Shown here: positions 1-10,160 of the stretch, piece by piece
Numbering within the stretch: position 1 is the stretch's first letter
How the letters are laid out: each line of letters starts with the position of its first letter
Source of the DNA: a bacterium
GTDB lineage: Bacteria; RBG-13-61-14; DATKZS01
Direction: 5' to 3'
Length of the DNA: 64,000 nucleotides
Assembly: GCA_963674965.2 (NCBI GenBank)
Contig: CAXXFL010000001.1
Location: 768,001 to 832,000, forward strand
Program-made: the position numbers and the translations under genes
Notes under the pieces: model-generated
The model's input: the letters and a program-made list of their open reading frames with translations, nothing else
What the model was told of the DNA's origin: nothing
The model's database searches: none

Positions 1-872
1 AGGCAGACGGCTAGAAGGCAATCCTCGCGCAGGCTGTTCGAGAAATACTTGGCAATGGAAGAGGCGAAAAGGTTCGAGGGCTCGTGCCCGTAAAACCAGG
101 TGGGAATGGCCAGACTGCGGCCACCGAAAGGATAGGAGCCGATGACCTCCTCGGCCCTCTCGATGTAGCCCCCGTCCTTATAAGACGGTGACTGGGCCAG
201 AATGCCGATGGCCCGCTCGAGGTCATCATCGGACGCCGGGGACATGTAGGCCCCCAGGTTGGCCGCCTCCATCACGCCGGGACCGCCGCCGCTGACCACC
301 ATGTAGCCCTCCCTGGCCAGGAGCTGGGCCGTACGGGCGACCTGGACGTAATCCTTGCCGCCCCTCATGGCGCCGTGACCTCCCATGATCCCGACCAGTT
401 TCTTCTCCGTCATGCCCGAATCGTCGAACTGGAGAAGCTCGCGAAGGGCGTTGTCAATGGCGTGGTCGTGAATCCTTTGCGCCAGGGCCTCGCAAACGTC
501 AGGGTTCGATCTTCCCATTTCCTTGAAGTGAGTATAAATCCTGAGGTCGAGGCTGTTATCCAGGTCCTTCGAGTAGCCCTCCATCAGCTCTCGCCAGGAA
601 TAAAGACTCGAGCGATAGGGGTTGTAAGGAAGACCCTCGAAACGGGGAAAAACGAAGGCCCCCTTGGACCTGAGCAGTAGCTCGTCCTCGACGCTCCTGA
701 ACAGGCAACCCATAAAATAGGAGTTGTCGACCTTAACCGAGTTCCAATCCACGTCCAGGCCGGAAAGGTCCAGCCCCTGAACCAGGCAGTTGCCGAGGGA
801 ATCCCCCATTTTTACGAACTCTTCCAGGTTGTCTATCTCGTGAATGGTACCGCGCGTTTTTCTTTTGACCAT
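1..872 (-). CDS. LOG-family / Rossmann-fold nucleotide-binding protein (3' end outside the window; absent from the ORF track)
   Basis: Hand translation from ATG 872 (RBS GGAGGAG): MVKRKTRG...VGIMGGH...VVSGGGPGVMEAANLGA...SLAIPTWFYGHEP..FASSIAKYFSNSLRED. The SGGGPGxMEAAN motif is typical of the LOG family. Frame stays open to position 1. Confidence 0.85.
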   Translation of the reverse strand, partial: MVKRKTRGTIHEIDNLEEFVKMGDSLGNCLVQGLDLSGLDVDWNSVKVDNSYFMGCLFRSVEDELLLRSKGAFVFPRFEGLPYNPYRSSLYSWRELMEGYSKDLDNSLDLRIYTHFKEMGRSNPDVCEALAQRIHDHAIDNALRELLQFDDSGMTEKKLVGIMGGHGAMRGGKDYVQVARTAQLLAREGYMVVSGGGPGVMEAANLGAYMSPASDDDLERAIGILAQSPSYKDGGYIERAEEVIGSYPFGGRSLAIPTWFYGHEPSNLFASSIAKYFSNSLREDCLLAVC

Positions 873-972
873 TTACTCCTCCAGAGGCGATAGTAGCACG
901 GATTGACCCGTCGGCAAGATTAGTTGGCCAGGGATACCGGCCAAACGCCGGCAAGCGCGTTTAAATAGGTTG

Positions 973-1644
973 TTAACCGCGCTTGCCGGAAAGACCGTAA
1001 ATGATAAGCTCGGTCAAACCCTTGGCCGCCTCATCGAGATCGGGGTCCTCGGACTCGAGGAGGTTGGTCGTGATGTAAAAAAGGATCGTGCCAAGGGGAA
1101 GGAAAGCCGCCAGCCGAACGTCGGAGACGCCGATAAGGCCCAGCCGCCTGGCCAGGGATATGTCCGTCTGGGCCTGGATCAACATGATCTTGCCGATCCT
1201 TTTCAAAATCTCGTCCACCTCGGCGTCAAGCCCGCTCCACTCCCGCGTGAGCACCATGAAAACGTCGGCGTTTTCGCTCACCGCCTCGAGAACTCTCTTG
1301 GTCCTTTGCTCGATGAAATTCTCGAGGCTGAAACTTCCAAGATTACTCAGGCCCTCCTCACTGGGCTGGACCGGCTCGAGCATGGTCTGGATTTTATCCA
1401 CCGCGTCGAAGATGACCTCACGGAAAACCTCGCGCTTGTTCTTGAAATGCGCGTACAGCGTGCCCTGGGCTATGCCGCAGGCGGAGCAAAGGTCCTCCAC
1501 AGTGGTCCCCCGATATCCCTTTTCCGCGAAGATACCCCGCGCCCGCCTGATAACCTGGGCCCGGCGCTCGGACCTTTTCATGTAGTTGTACGTTCCCGGA
1601 CCGGACGCCACGGTAGCACGTTTTCTCAGTCTTACTTTTGGCAT
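973..1644 (-). CDS. TetR/AcrR family transcriptional regulator
   Basis: N-terminal HTH FAEKGYRGTTVEDLCSACGIAQGTLYAHFKNK. Confidence 0.92.
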   Translation of the reverse strand: MPKVRLRKRATVASGPGTYNYMKRSERRAQVIRRARGIFAEKGYRGTTVEDLCSACGIAQGTLYAHFKNKREVFREVIFDAVDKIQTMLEPVQPSEEGLSNLGSFSLENFIEQRTKRVLEAVSENADVFMVLTREWSGLDAEVDEILKRIGKIMLIQAQTDISLARRLGLIGVSDVRLAAFLPLGTILFYITTNLLESEDPDLDEAAKGLTELIIYGLSGKRG

Positions 1645-1661
1645 GTCCTTCTATCTTTTCC

Positions 1662-2855
1662 TTAGGGCTTGGGAGCGGTCATCTCCATGAGCTTTTCCTT
1701 GATCCCGAGGGAAACGGTTTCATTGACGTCGGAAAAGGATAGCCGGGGAGGCCCGCCGGACAACTGGAAAGCCCGGGCCAGGACCCTGTCGTCCCAAATC
1801 GTGTTTAAGTCGTTTACCGTCAGCTTCTCGGACCTTGCCGCCTCGGCGGGACCTCCTAAAAGGGTGACCACGCCCTTGTTGAAGGAATTGGCCATGGTCC
1901 TCGAGGAGTAGGGGTCCCTGGTGATCTTCTTCTCGGACTCGGGGGTTTCATCTCTTCCCATCAGTAGCCAGGAAAGGGACGTCATATCGTGGGCCGTAAC
2001 GGAGGATGAGGCTATCACCAGTCCCGTTTCCGGCTCGACCACGTAACCCTTGTCCGGTCCCAGGGTGGTCAGGACCCTGGTGGCAATGGTGAGAGTGAGC
2101 CTTTGCTTTTCCAAAAGCACCTCGGCCCAGTTGGCCTCGGCGGTCTTCTCCTGGAATGAGCTCGCGTCGCGGTGATACTCGAGACGGGTGTCGGTCCGCC
2201 ACCATCCCACCGCGGCCTTGAGCCCGAGCGAGCTACCGGCCAGAAGATGCCGGCCGCAGCGGGGCATGAGGACGATATGATCGACCTCCCTGGTCTTTTT
2301 CGGCATCATGACCCCGCCTTTCCAGCTCGAGCCTGCCTTGATTCCGACCTCATCAAAGGCCTCCCAGCCGTCCTCCTCGGGGAAGTAAAGCACGGCGCCC
2401 GACTCGAGGGCCGCGCGGGCCAGGCCCGATCGCTCCATCAACTCGCGGCTCGAGCCCCGGAGCTTGTCGGGACTCAGCTTGACGTGCTCGACGCCGGAAG
2501 TGTCGGACACGATAACCTTGCCCGCGCCCTTTTCCCTCAATATCTTTATCATCGCCGCCAGGCCCTCGGGACTGGTCGTGGCCGGATAGGGGTTGCCCGA
2601 GTTCACCACCGGCTTGATCAGCACCGAGTCGCCTTTCGAGAGCCACGAAAAACCGCCCGCCCCCTCGGCGGCGCTCCGCGCCGCCGACTCGATCACGGCC
2701 GCGTCGGCTCCCCTGGGCACGCCCGCCAGTCCCACGTCCGCGGTCTTGTCGCTCGCTCGAGCCGCGCCGGCTGAGGCCAACGCCGCGGCCGCTCCCGCGC
2801 CCACGAGAGAGTTGAACTCACGGCGTCCCATTTCCGAGCTTTTAAAGCGCTTCAT
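1662..2855 (-). CDS. DUF362-family protein with twin-arginine (Tat) signal
   Basis: GRREF plus Ala-rich h-region and AxA; DUF362-like motifs GDSVLIKP, TTSP, PRCGRH, LGLKAAVG. Confidence 0.75.
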   Translation of the reverse strand: MKRFKSSEMGRREFNSLVGAGAAAALASAGAARASDKTADVGLAGVPRGADAAVIESAARSAAEGAGGFSWLSKGDSVLIKPVVNSGNPYPATTSPEGLAAMIKILREKGAGKVIVSDTSGVEHVKLSPDKLRGSSRELMERSGLARAALESGAVLYFPEEDGWEAFDEVGIKAGSSWKGGVMMPKKTREVDHIVLMPRCGRHLLAGSSLGLKAAVGWWRTDTRLEYHRDASSFQEKTAEANWAEVLLEKQRLTLTIATRVLTTLGPDKGYVVEPETGLVIASSSVTAHDMTSLSWLLMGRDETPESEKKITRDPYSSRTMANSFNKGVVTLLGGPAEAARSEKLTVNDLNTIWDDRVLARAFQLSGGPPRLSFSDVNETVSLGIKEKLMEMTAPKP

Positions 2856-2879
2856 TTTTTCCTCCCCATAACGAGCCGC

Positions 2880-3632
2880 TCATGTCGAAAGAAGTTTCGA
2901 GGCCATCTCCTCCCCCCATTTGCCTATGGCCTCCCAGTCGCGCCAGTCGCCCTCCACGAAGCGAAGGGACTTCATCATGGTCTTGTCCGAGCGGCTAAGC
3001 TTATCGAAGTCGATGGCCCCGGCGAAAAGAGTCATGTCCGCGGGCTTCACCTCCGGATACTTTTTAAGGACGGGATCGAAATACTCCATTACCCGCGATC
3101 TTCGCTCCTCCTTCGACTCGTTCTTGGGCGGAAGCGTGCCCGGCTTGCCAATGGCGGGCTGCTCGGGCACTATCTGGAGGCAGGTCATAAAATAGGCGAC
3201 CCTGGTCCGGGAAAGCGCCGACTGGTTCTTCTTGATAAAGTCCACCGCGCCCGGCATCCACCCGAAGTTTCTGGCGGCCCCCCCGACGATCACGGCCTTG
3301 TAGGGCGCAAGGTCCTTGACCTCGTCGGACGGAAGAACGTCGCAGGCCGCGCCGGCGGCGCAAAGCTTTTTCCCTATGGCCTCGGCCACCTCTCCCGTGG
3401 TCCCGTACTTGCTGGCGTAGGTTACCAGCGCCCTCGTTACCTCGTCCTTTTTCTCGCCGCAACTGGACCTTGCGAAGTCGGCATTATCCGCCGCCAGGGC
3501 GCGCGAAAGAGGCGAGACGGTCAAAGCCGCGGCGGCGGCCGCACCCGCGACCTCGATAAACACTCGGCGGTCGGCGCGGCATATCTTTTCTTTTTCGTTT
3601 TTCTTAAAGAGTTCCGGTTTTTTCCTTTCCAT
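2880..3632 (-). CDS. Flavodoxin-like (HemG/Flavodoxin_5 type) protein with Tat-like signal
   Basis: DRRVF...ALA signal; FMN loop YASKYGTTGEVAEAI; C-terminal GDWRDWEAI. Start moved to ATG 3632 (RBS GGAGG). Confidence 0.8.
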   Translation of the reverse strand: MERKKPELFKKNEKEKICRADRRVFIEVAGAAAAAALTVSPLSRALAADNADFARSSCGEKKDEVTRALVTYASKYGTTGEVAEAIGKKLCAAGAACDVLPSDEVKDLAPYKAVIVGGAARNFGWMPGAVDFIKKNQSALSRTRVAYFMTCLQIVPEQPAIGKPGTLPPKNESKEERRSRVMEYFDPVLKKYPEVKPADMTLFAGAIDFDKLSRSDKTMMKSLRFVEGDWRDWEAIGKWGEEMASKLLST

Positions 3633-3730
3633 GTCATTGCCTCCTTTTTTCGTCCAAAACCAGTCGGCCATGATTTTAATTCGATTTTATTGCAAGATAA
3701 ATCCTTTATAATTCATCTAATTAAAATATA

Positions 3731-3744
3731 ATATGAATACATAT
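3731..3744. promoter_or_regulatory. Candidate TetR operator
   Basis: Imperfect palindrome ATATGAATACATAT (12/14) in the AT-rich region upstream of the flavodoxin-DUF362-TetR operon. Confidence 0.4.
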
Positions 3745-3841
3745 CACAACAATAAGGTCATATGCAAAAAAGGGAGACGACGCCAACGCGCTAACAAATA
3801 TTACAAGGACAATCCCGTCGCCTTATATAAGACGCCGTCCG

Positions 3842-4675
3842 CTAATAGAATTTTTCCCTGGCCGTAACGTCTCCCAGCCATCTTTCGAAAAAGATATTGT
3901 AGAAAACTTGGGACATGAGGTTTCCGAGCCGGATATCCGCGGCCAGGGCCTTTTGGGGACATCCGTTGAAGCAGTGATAACAGCGAAGGCACGTCTCGCC
4001 GAAGGAAGGGAGCGGATTAAGGGTAATGGCCCCGGCCGGGCAGGCGGCCTCGCACCATCCGCAGGAGTTGCATTTTTCCGGGTCGGGGACCGGAGGCGGA
4101 AGCAGGGCCCGAAGTTGTTCGTCCGTGTTGAGGATGGCCACCAGGTCGTAAAAACCCCGGCCCGGCTCGAGCGCGTCCACGCGGCTGGAAGGGACCGGGC
4201 CCGGCAGCCCCTTTTCGATAAGCGCCTTGGCCTCGGCGCCGAAGGCCCTGGCCAGGGCCAGGTCATCCTTATCGGGCCGGCCGGGGAAGCGGCCGTTGAT
4301 GGCGGGGAAGGGATGGAAGCACTCGCCCCGAATCAATATCCCTCCCCTGGCGCGGCCGCCTTTTTTTTGGAGGGCGTCGGTCATTTCGTAAAGGACCCGG
4401 CCCGGTCCTCCTCCGCTGGTGGCGAAGACGAGGACCTCGCGTCCGGCCAGGTCCGGAAGAGCCCGGATGAAGTCGAGGACCGGCTGAGGGGCCCGGCTCG
4501 AGAAACATGGCGAGCCCACGGCCACAAGGTTCGAATCCCAAACGCTCCGGGTCTTGGCCTTTTTCAGTGAAAGCAGTTGGATGGACGCTCCGGCCGACTC
4601 GAGGCCCTCGGCCAAGGCCCGTCCCACCTTCCTGGTGTTTCCGGTCTGGGAGAAATAGACCACCGAGGCTTTCAT
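3842..4675 (-). CDS. EFR1-type flavodoxin-ferredoxin fusion
   Basis: YFSQTGNT flavodoxin loop; two CxxCxxCxxxCP motifs (CNSCGWCEAACP, CLRCYHCFNGCP). Confidence 0.88.
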   Translation of the reverse strand: MKASVVYFSQTGNTRKVGRALAEGLESAGASIQLLSLKKAKTRSVWDSNLVAVGSPCFSSRAPQPVLDFIRALPDLAGREVLVFATSGGGPGRVLYEMTDALQKKGGRARGGILIRGECFHPFPAINGRFPGRPDKDDLALARAFGAEAKALIEKGLPGPVPSSRVDALEPGRGFYDLVAILNTDEQLRALLPPPVPDPEKCNSCGWCEAACPAGAITLNPLPSFGETCLRCYHCFNGCPQKALAADIRLGNLMSQVFYNIFFERWLGDVTAREKFY

Positions 4676-4681
4676 GACCGC

Positions 4682-5464
4682 TCAGCCCGCCTTGGGTGTC
4701 TCTTTGGTTTTATACAGGGAATCGAGGACGTTGCGGATGTACTGCTCGTCGGTGAGGCCGAAGGTCGCCTCCTCGGGGAACTCGGCTACGGAGCGGAAGT
4801 AATCGGCCAGTTCCTTGTTCAACTCGACTCGACGCTCATCCTCGAGCTGGTCCCGCCTGAGGATGACCCGGGTGGCGAGGGCGGCCTCCTCGGCGCTCAC
4901 CCGCTGGCGGAGCCGGGCCTCGAGGTGAGGATAGTCTCGAAAGGAATTGTATTTGCCCGCGGTCACGTCGGCCAGGACGTGGTCGAAAGTGGGACGGCTT
5001 CTTATAACCGCGGTATTGGCGGCGTAATCGCCCAGCCGCTGTGATTTCCGGCTGAAAAAACAGGCCAGCCCCCCGAGAAGATAGAAAGCCGGCAGGGCGT
5101 CCACGAAGCGAAGCAGGTTGCGGATGACTATCTGTGAGAACTTGAGCCTCAGTCCTCCCTCGTCCACCACCCTGAGTTTAAAGACCCTCTTGCCGATGGT
5201 CTGGCCTCGCCAGTGCCACTCGAGGGCCATGCCGTATCCGATGGAAACGACGAAGTACATGACGATCATGGCGGCCGACATCAGGTCCGGGCTGATAATG
5301 CCCAGAAAACCGATGAGCACGTTGGCCAGGGTGGTCAGCGCGCCGATCACGAGAAGATCGATGAAGAAGGCGAAGAACCTGGTCACGGGCCCGGCCAGGG
5401 GGAGGGTAAAGGACACGCCCTCCGGCGTCCTTATCACGAGCGCGTTGGTCCTTGCCTCGCTCAT
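4682..5464 (-). CDS. RDD family membrane protein
   Basis: TPEGV..LAGPVTRFFAFFID; GQTIGKRVFKLRVV; RNLLRFVD; QRLGDYAANTAVI. Confidence 0.9.
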   Translation of the reverse strand: MSEARTNALVIRTPEGVSFTLPLAGPVTRFFAFFIDLLVIGALTTLANVLIGFLGIISPDLMSAAMIVMYFVVSIGYGMALEWHWRGQTIGKRVFKLRVVDEGGLRLKFSQIVIRNLLRFVDALPAFYLLGGLACFFSRKSQRLGDYAANTAVIRSRPTFDHVLADVTAGKYNSFRDYPHLEARLRQRVSAEEAALATRVILRRDQLEDERRVELNKELADYFRSVAEFPEEATFGLTDEQYIRNVLDSLYKTKETPKAG

Positions 5465-6480
5465 GACCTTGTTTTCTCCTCGGCCAGGGATTCCCCCTTA
5501 CCCCGGCCGGTAAAGCCAAGGTAGAGGAAAAGCATGAAAAGCTCGCATAGCCCGAAGAATATCTTGACCGAGTAAGGCAGGACGGGCTCGTGGTACTGGC
5601 TGAAGAAGGCCTCGACGAACCCCGCCCATACAAGCAGGATCGCCACGCCGGCGATGAGCGTAACCAGGTCGGGACCGATCTGGCGCAGTCTCGTCTTCAC
5701 GCTTTCCGAGGCGCCCCATCCGATCAGGGCCCTGGCCAGCACCAGTCCCGCCTGTCCCGCTATCAGAATGCAGGGTATCTCGACCGACCCGTGAGGCAAT
5801 AGCCAGCCGGCCAGGAACTTGCCCTCCCCGGCGAGAACGTAATCCAGGCCGACCACCCCCAGGATAACTCCGTTGTGAAAAAGCAGCAGGATGGTCCCGA
5901 TCCCGTAGGTCATGCCCAGGGCCAGGGCCATAATGGAAACCCTGGTGTTGTTGGTCCACAAGGAAGCGGAGAAACCTCCCATGTGCCCGGCGAGCCGTTC
6001 GCCGCCCTCCTTCTCCTCGTGCTTGACCCGCTCGGACGGGTCGCCGTGGAGGTGGGGAAAAGGCGCGAGTATCGTGCTCTTTACGCCCGGCTCGATATAG
6101 AGTACGAATGCCCCGAAGGATGAGCCCGCCAAAGTGACGGCCAGGGACAGGGCGAAGGCCCAGGCGTGCCGCCTGAAGGTTTGGGGAAAGGTCCTGGTTA
6201 TCCAGACGAGGGGGGCCAGGCGGGTCCTTTTATCGCGGCTCTCGTGTATCTCCGCGTAGGCCCGGGCCACCAGGGACTCGAGGTCACGTCTTACCCGGGG
6301 CTCAGCCGGAAAGGACGACAATTTGGCCAGGTCGGCCTGGGCCCTCTGATAAAGGTAATGGAACCGCTTGGCGGACCTCAGGTCCAGGACCCTCTCGACC
6401 TCCTGTTCCATGTTGGAGATCATGGCCTCGAGCTCGTTCCAATAAGGGCGCTCGGCCGCCAGAAATCTTTGCAGGTCCAT
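5461..6480 (-). CDS. SpoIIM / DUF95 family membrane protein
   Basis: LYQRAQADLA, WTNNTRVS, NGVILG, LPHGSVEI, AGFVEAFFS motifs. Start taken at ATG 6480. Confidence 0.88.
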   Translation of the reverse strand: MDLQRFLAAERPYWNELEAMISNMEQEVERVLDLRSAKRFHYLYQRAQADLAKLSSFPAEPRVRRDLESLVARAYAEIHESRDKRTRLAPLVWITRTFPQTFRRHAWAFALSLAVTLAGSSFGAFVLYIEPGVKSTILAPFPHLHGDPSERVKHEEKEGGERLAGHMGGFSASLWTNNTRVSIMALALGMTYGIGTILLLFHNGVILGVVGLDYVLAGEGKFLAGWLLPHGSVEIPCILIAGQAGLVLARALIGWGASESVKTRLRQIGPDLVTLIAGVAILLVWAGFVEAFFSQYHEPVLPYSVKIFFGLCELFMLFLYLGFTGRGKGESLAEEKTRS

Positions 6481-6482
6481 TA

Positions 6483-7826
6483 TCAAAGGAGTTGCCTCCT
6501 CTTTACTCCGATGTATTGCGATACCAGCTCGGGGCAAAGGCCCTCGTTGGCGATCATGCTCATGGGAGCTCCCCTCCGGTTGAGGGCGCCTTCCAGTTCC
6601 TTGAGCCTCTGCCAGACCAGGTGGCCGCCGAGTTTCTCGTAAACGCCGTCAATATTGGCCACGTCGGGCGAGCTGAAAAGCGGCGCCACGCCGGGGGCCG
6701 TGAGCATGTTGACAAGGACCAGGTGGCTTCCGCTGAGCACGGGAAGCTTGTCCACGAAGTTTTCCGCCAGCACCGGGTCGTCGAGGTTGGTAAGAAAAAT
6801 AAGCAGCGCCCTCCTTCTCATCCTCGTCTTGATAAAGGAGAAGACCTCGCCGAAATCCGGGTTGACCGGGTCGGGCTCGAGGGCGTACAGGGCGTCGCGA
6901 ACCGCTCCGTAGTGGGCCTTGCCGTTCCTGGCCCTGACGAACCGGTTGACCTTGTCCGAGAAGGCGACCACGCCGAAGAGGTCTCCTTGCTTCTCCGCCA
7001 CCAGGCCCAGCACCATGGCCGCCGTGATGAAGCGCTCGAGCTGGGTGGTCTCGCCGCTCCCGTTGCCGACGGACTCGACCGTCCTGGCGCTGAGGCGGGA
7101 CGAGTCGATGACCACGTAAATCTCCTGGGTGCGCTCGATCTGGAAGACCTTGGTCACGGGAAAGCCGCGCTTGGCCGTGGCCTTCCAGTGGACGTCCTCA
7201 TATCCGTCGCCGGGAACGTATTCCCGCAGCTTCTCGAACTCCCTTCCCTTCCCGACCTGGCGCTGGGCGTGGACGCCGAACATGCCGCGGTTGAGGAAAA
7301 GGGCCGCCAGGTTCTTTTGCTCGTGAAGAGTGTTCGGATAGGCTCGGACCTCGCCCCGCGCGGCCGAGGTCTTTCGCGTGGACCACAGTCCCAGGGCCGA
7401 GGCCGTCTCGAGGTAGACGTTCTCGAGATGGAATACGCCTCTCCTCAAAGGGGTGACGGGTATCTGGATACGGGAGAGGGCGGCCCCCTCCGGCAGGACC
7501 ACGTCCAATTCCCGGCCGTTCATTGCCAGGTCGCGGGGAGGAAGAAGGCCCAGCCTTATATTGATGGACTTTTGCTTTTCGTTTTTGATCTCCAGCTCGA
7601 GCGGGCCTTCCCGGTCCTTGGTCAGACGCGTTACCGGGGGAAAGGAAGCCTCGACCCCATCCAGTCGCCCGAGGGAGAAGGCCGCGTCCGCCGCGGCTAT
7701 GGCGGCCAGGGCCGCGCAGGCCAGGGCAACCACGCCGATCATGCCCGGCTCGATGGCGTAACCGACGGCGAGCGCCAGTCCGAGAAAGGCGGTCCAGAAA
7801 ACAAGCCTGTCGCGTGGGACGATCAT
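6483..7826 (-). CDS. DUF58 (vWA-like) protein with N-terminal TM segments
   Basis: GREFEKLREYVPGD..VHWKATAK; MIDAS-like VIDSSRLS; coupled to moxR. Confidence 0.9.
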   Translation of the reverse strand: MIVPRDRLVFWTAFLGLALAVGYAIEPGMIGVVALACAALAAIAAADAAFSLGRLDGVEASFPPVTRLTKDREGPLELEIKNEKQKSINIRLGLLPPRDLAMNGRELDVVLPEGAALSRIQIPVTPLRRGVFHLENVYLETASALGLWSTRKTSAARGEVRAYPNTLHEQKNLAALFLNRGMFGVHAQRQVGKGREFEKLREYVPGDGYEDVHWKATAKRGFPVTKVFQIERTQEIYVVIDSSRLSARTVESVGNGSGETTQLERFITAAMVLGLVAEKQGDLFGVVAFSDKVNRFVRARNGKAHYGAVRDALYALEPDPVNPDFGEVFSFIKTRMRRRALLIFLTNLDDPVLAENFVDKLPVLSGSHLVLVNMLTAPGVAPLFSSPDVANIDGVYEKLGGHLVWQRLKELEGALNRRGAPMSMIANEGLCPELVSQYIGVKRRQLL

Positions 7827-8800
7827 CTCGGGACGGCCACCTCCTGGAGCACGCGATTGACTACCTCGGGAACCGTCAGGCCCTCGATCTCGTACTCGGG
7901 ACGGAGTATAAGACGATGCTCGAGCACGGGCAGGGCCATGCTCTTAACGTCGTCGGGAGAGACAAAGTCTCGTCCCTCCAGCGCCGCCCGGACCCGGCTG
8001 GACAAAAGAAGCGCCTGGGTGGCGCGGGGACCGGCGCCCACCAGAACGCTTTCGTTCGAGCGCGTCCTTCTTACGATCTCGACCATATAGGCCACCAGTT
8101 CGGCCCTTACCGTGACGAGCTGGAATATCTGACGCAGCTTCCCGAGTTGTTCCGCCGTCATGACGGGGTTGACCTCGCCCCTCTCGAGGATGGCCTCGGG
8201 AGAGTTCTGACCCAGCATGCGCTCGGCAAGCCCTATCTCCTCTTCCCTGCCGGGAAAGCCCATGCTGATCTTGAGCATGAACCTGTCCTTTTGGGCCTCG
8301 GGAAGAGGATAGGTACCCTCGTACTCGATGGGGTTCTGAGTGGCGAACACGGTGAAATTGGGCGAGAGCTTGTGGGTGGCCACGTCTATGGTCACGGCCC
8401 GCTCCTGCATGGCCTGCAAGAGGGCGGACTGGGTCTTGGCCGGGGCTCGGTTGATCTCGTCGGCCAACAGGAACGTGGTGAAGACGGGTCCCTTTACCAG
8501 GGTGAACTCGTTCATCTTCATGTTGAAGACGTTGGTCCCCGTGATGTCGGCCGGCATGAGGTCGGGAGTGAACTGGATGCGGGCGAAATCTACCCCCAGC
8601 ACTTTGGCCAGGGTCCTGACCAGGAGGGTCTTGGCCACGCCGGGCACTCCCTCGATAAGAGCGTGCTGGTTGGTGAATATGGCGATAAGGGCCTTGTCCG
8701 TCGCGTCGGTCTGGCCGATTATCACCTTGCCTATCTCCTGGCGGGCCTTTTGCAGGGCGTTCTTGAGATAGTCGAGATACTCCTGGTTCCTGTTGGACAT
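7823..8800 (-). CDS. moxR: MoxR family AAA+ ATPase
   Basis: Walker A GVPGVAKT, RIQFTPDLMPADITG, Walker B LLADEINRAPAKTQSALL, ATQNPIEYEGTYPLPEAQKDRF. Confidence 0.96.
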   Translation of the reverse strand: MSNRNQEYLDYLKNALQKARQEIGKVIIGQTDATDKALIAIFTNQHALIEGVPGVAKTLLVRTLAKVLGVDFARIQFTPDLMPADITGTNVFNMKMNEFTLVKGPVFTTFLLADEINRAPAKTQSALLQAMQERAVTIDVATHKLSPNFTVFATQNPIEYEGTYPLPEAQKDRFMLKISMGFPGREEEIGLAERMLGQNSPEAILERGEVNPVMTAEQLGKLRQIFQLVTVRAELVAYMVEIVRRTRSNESVLVGAGPRATQALLLSSRVRAALEGRDFVSPDDVKSMALPVLEHRLILRPEYEIEGLTVPEVVNRVLQEVAVPR

Positions 8801-8801
8801 G

Positions 8802-10160
8802 CTATTTCCTTTCAGCCACAATCCGGCATATTCTCACGTAGGCCCGGGCGAGATTCCCGTCGCCCAGGGGCCTGTTCCTCTCCTCGGCCACCACTTGCTC
8901 GACGGCGCGGGTCTTCCTGACCGTCCGCTCGTTGGGCCTGCCCAGCGACCGTTTCCACTCGTCCAGGCAGACCGTAAGGAGAGTGGACGCGGGCACGCTT
9001 CTTTTAAGAAGGTTGACCAGTCCGGCGGTCGCGTCCTTTCCCGTCTCGACGTTTTCCTCGGCCGGGTCCCGCTTGGGAGTGAGGCTCGAGGCGTTCTTCC
9101 ATATATACAGGACCGCCGCGATTATTAGGGCGATAAGGAGGGCGTGTATCCTGTACTTTCTCATCAGGGTCATGGTTCCCTCCTTGCGCGCTATCCCGAA
9201 ATGGAACTCGTCGAATATGACGTCGCTGGAGGGGCCGACCATCCAGGCCAGAAGATGGGGACGTCTTTCCGTCCTCATGGCCTCGTTGCTGATGAAGTAT
9301 GAATCCGAGGAAAGGACTATCGTGCCTTGGCCGAAATCTCTCTCCATTATCACCGGGTCGCCTTCCCGCTCGTACAGGACGCGCCAGGCGGGGGCCGGGT
9401 CCCCAAAGTAAAGAGCGGAGTGCCAGGAAAGCTTCGGCGGCAGCCAGTCCTTGTCGAGGTCGCTTAAGAGGGCCTTGCCCTCCCCGAAGGACTCGGTCGT
9501 GTCTCCGGACAGGGGCTTGTATTGAAAGGAGAAGCCCCACCTGTCATCCACCGAGACCAAATTGGGCGTAAACGGAAATAACTCGGCGCCGTCCTCCCCT
9601 TCGTCGTCTTCGCTTTTTTCTTCCCGGGCTTCTTGATTTTCCTTTTTGGGAGGCGGTTTGGAGGCTTCTTCTTTTCCCTCCTTCTCTTCCTCCTCCTTGA
9701 TCGGCTCGTCCGGCTCGTCCTGGCTTTTCTTGGATTCCTCGGCCAGCTCGTCGATCTTTTTCTTGAAGTCCTCGTTAACGTTTTCCAGGCAGCACGGTCC
9801 GGACCCCACCGGGAAGAAGGCTATCACCAGCCGGCCGCCCTCCGCCACGAAGGCCTCGAGTCGCTCGATCACGTCCTCCGGGTCCCGGCTTAAATTGGCT
9901 CCCGTGAAAATCAGCGTCCTTCCGTTGCCGCTTTCCAGCTCGGTAAAGGGCCGTATATTTCGTCTCGTCGATACTCCTTGCAGGTCGTCGAGAGACTCGT
10001 AAAGGGCGCGCGCTCCAAGGGGATCGCTTCGATATGAGGAGTAAGGCGGGTAGACGTCGCCGGTCTCGAAGGACAGGTCGAAGAGGGCCACTATCCCGCC
10101 GGCGAAGGCCACAAGGATGACGCCGAGCATCAGCGCGATATATTTATTGTCTCGCGCCAT
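8802..10160 (-). CDS. DUF4350-like membrane-anchored protein
   Basis: N-terminal TM, YSSYRSDPLGARAL, FVAEGGRLV, GQGTIVL, FDEFHFG, second TM; conserved position upstream of moxR. Confidence 0.75.
   Translation of the reverse strand: MARDNKYIALMLGVILVAFAGGIVALFDLSFETGDVYPPYSSYRSDPLGARALYESLDDLQGVSTRRNIRPFTELESGNGRTLIFTGANLSRDPEDVIERLEAFVAEGGRLVIAFFPVGSGPCCLENVNEDFKKKIDELAEESKKSQDEPDEPIKEEEEKEGKEEASKPPPKKENQEAREEKSEDDEGEDGAELFPFTPNLVSVDDRWGFSFQYKPLSGDTTESFGEGKALLSDLDKDWLPPKLSWHSALYFGDPAPAWRVLYEREGDPVIMERDFGQGTIVLSSDSYFISNEAMRTERRPHLLAWMVGPSSDVIFDEFHFGIARKEGTMTLMRKYRIHALLIALIIAAVLYIWKNASSLTPKRDPAEENVETGKDATAGLVNLLKRSVPASTLLTVCLDEWKRSLGRPNERTVRKTRAVEQVVAEERNRPLGDGNLARAYVRICRIVAERK

Noticed and set aside
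6492-8920. 532-aa and 368-aa plus-strand ORFs
   Set aside because: Antisense shadows of DUF58 and moxR.
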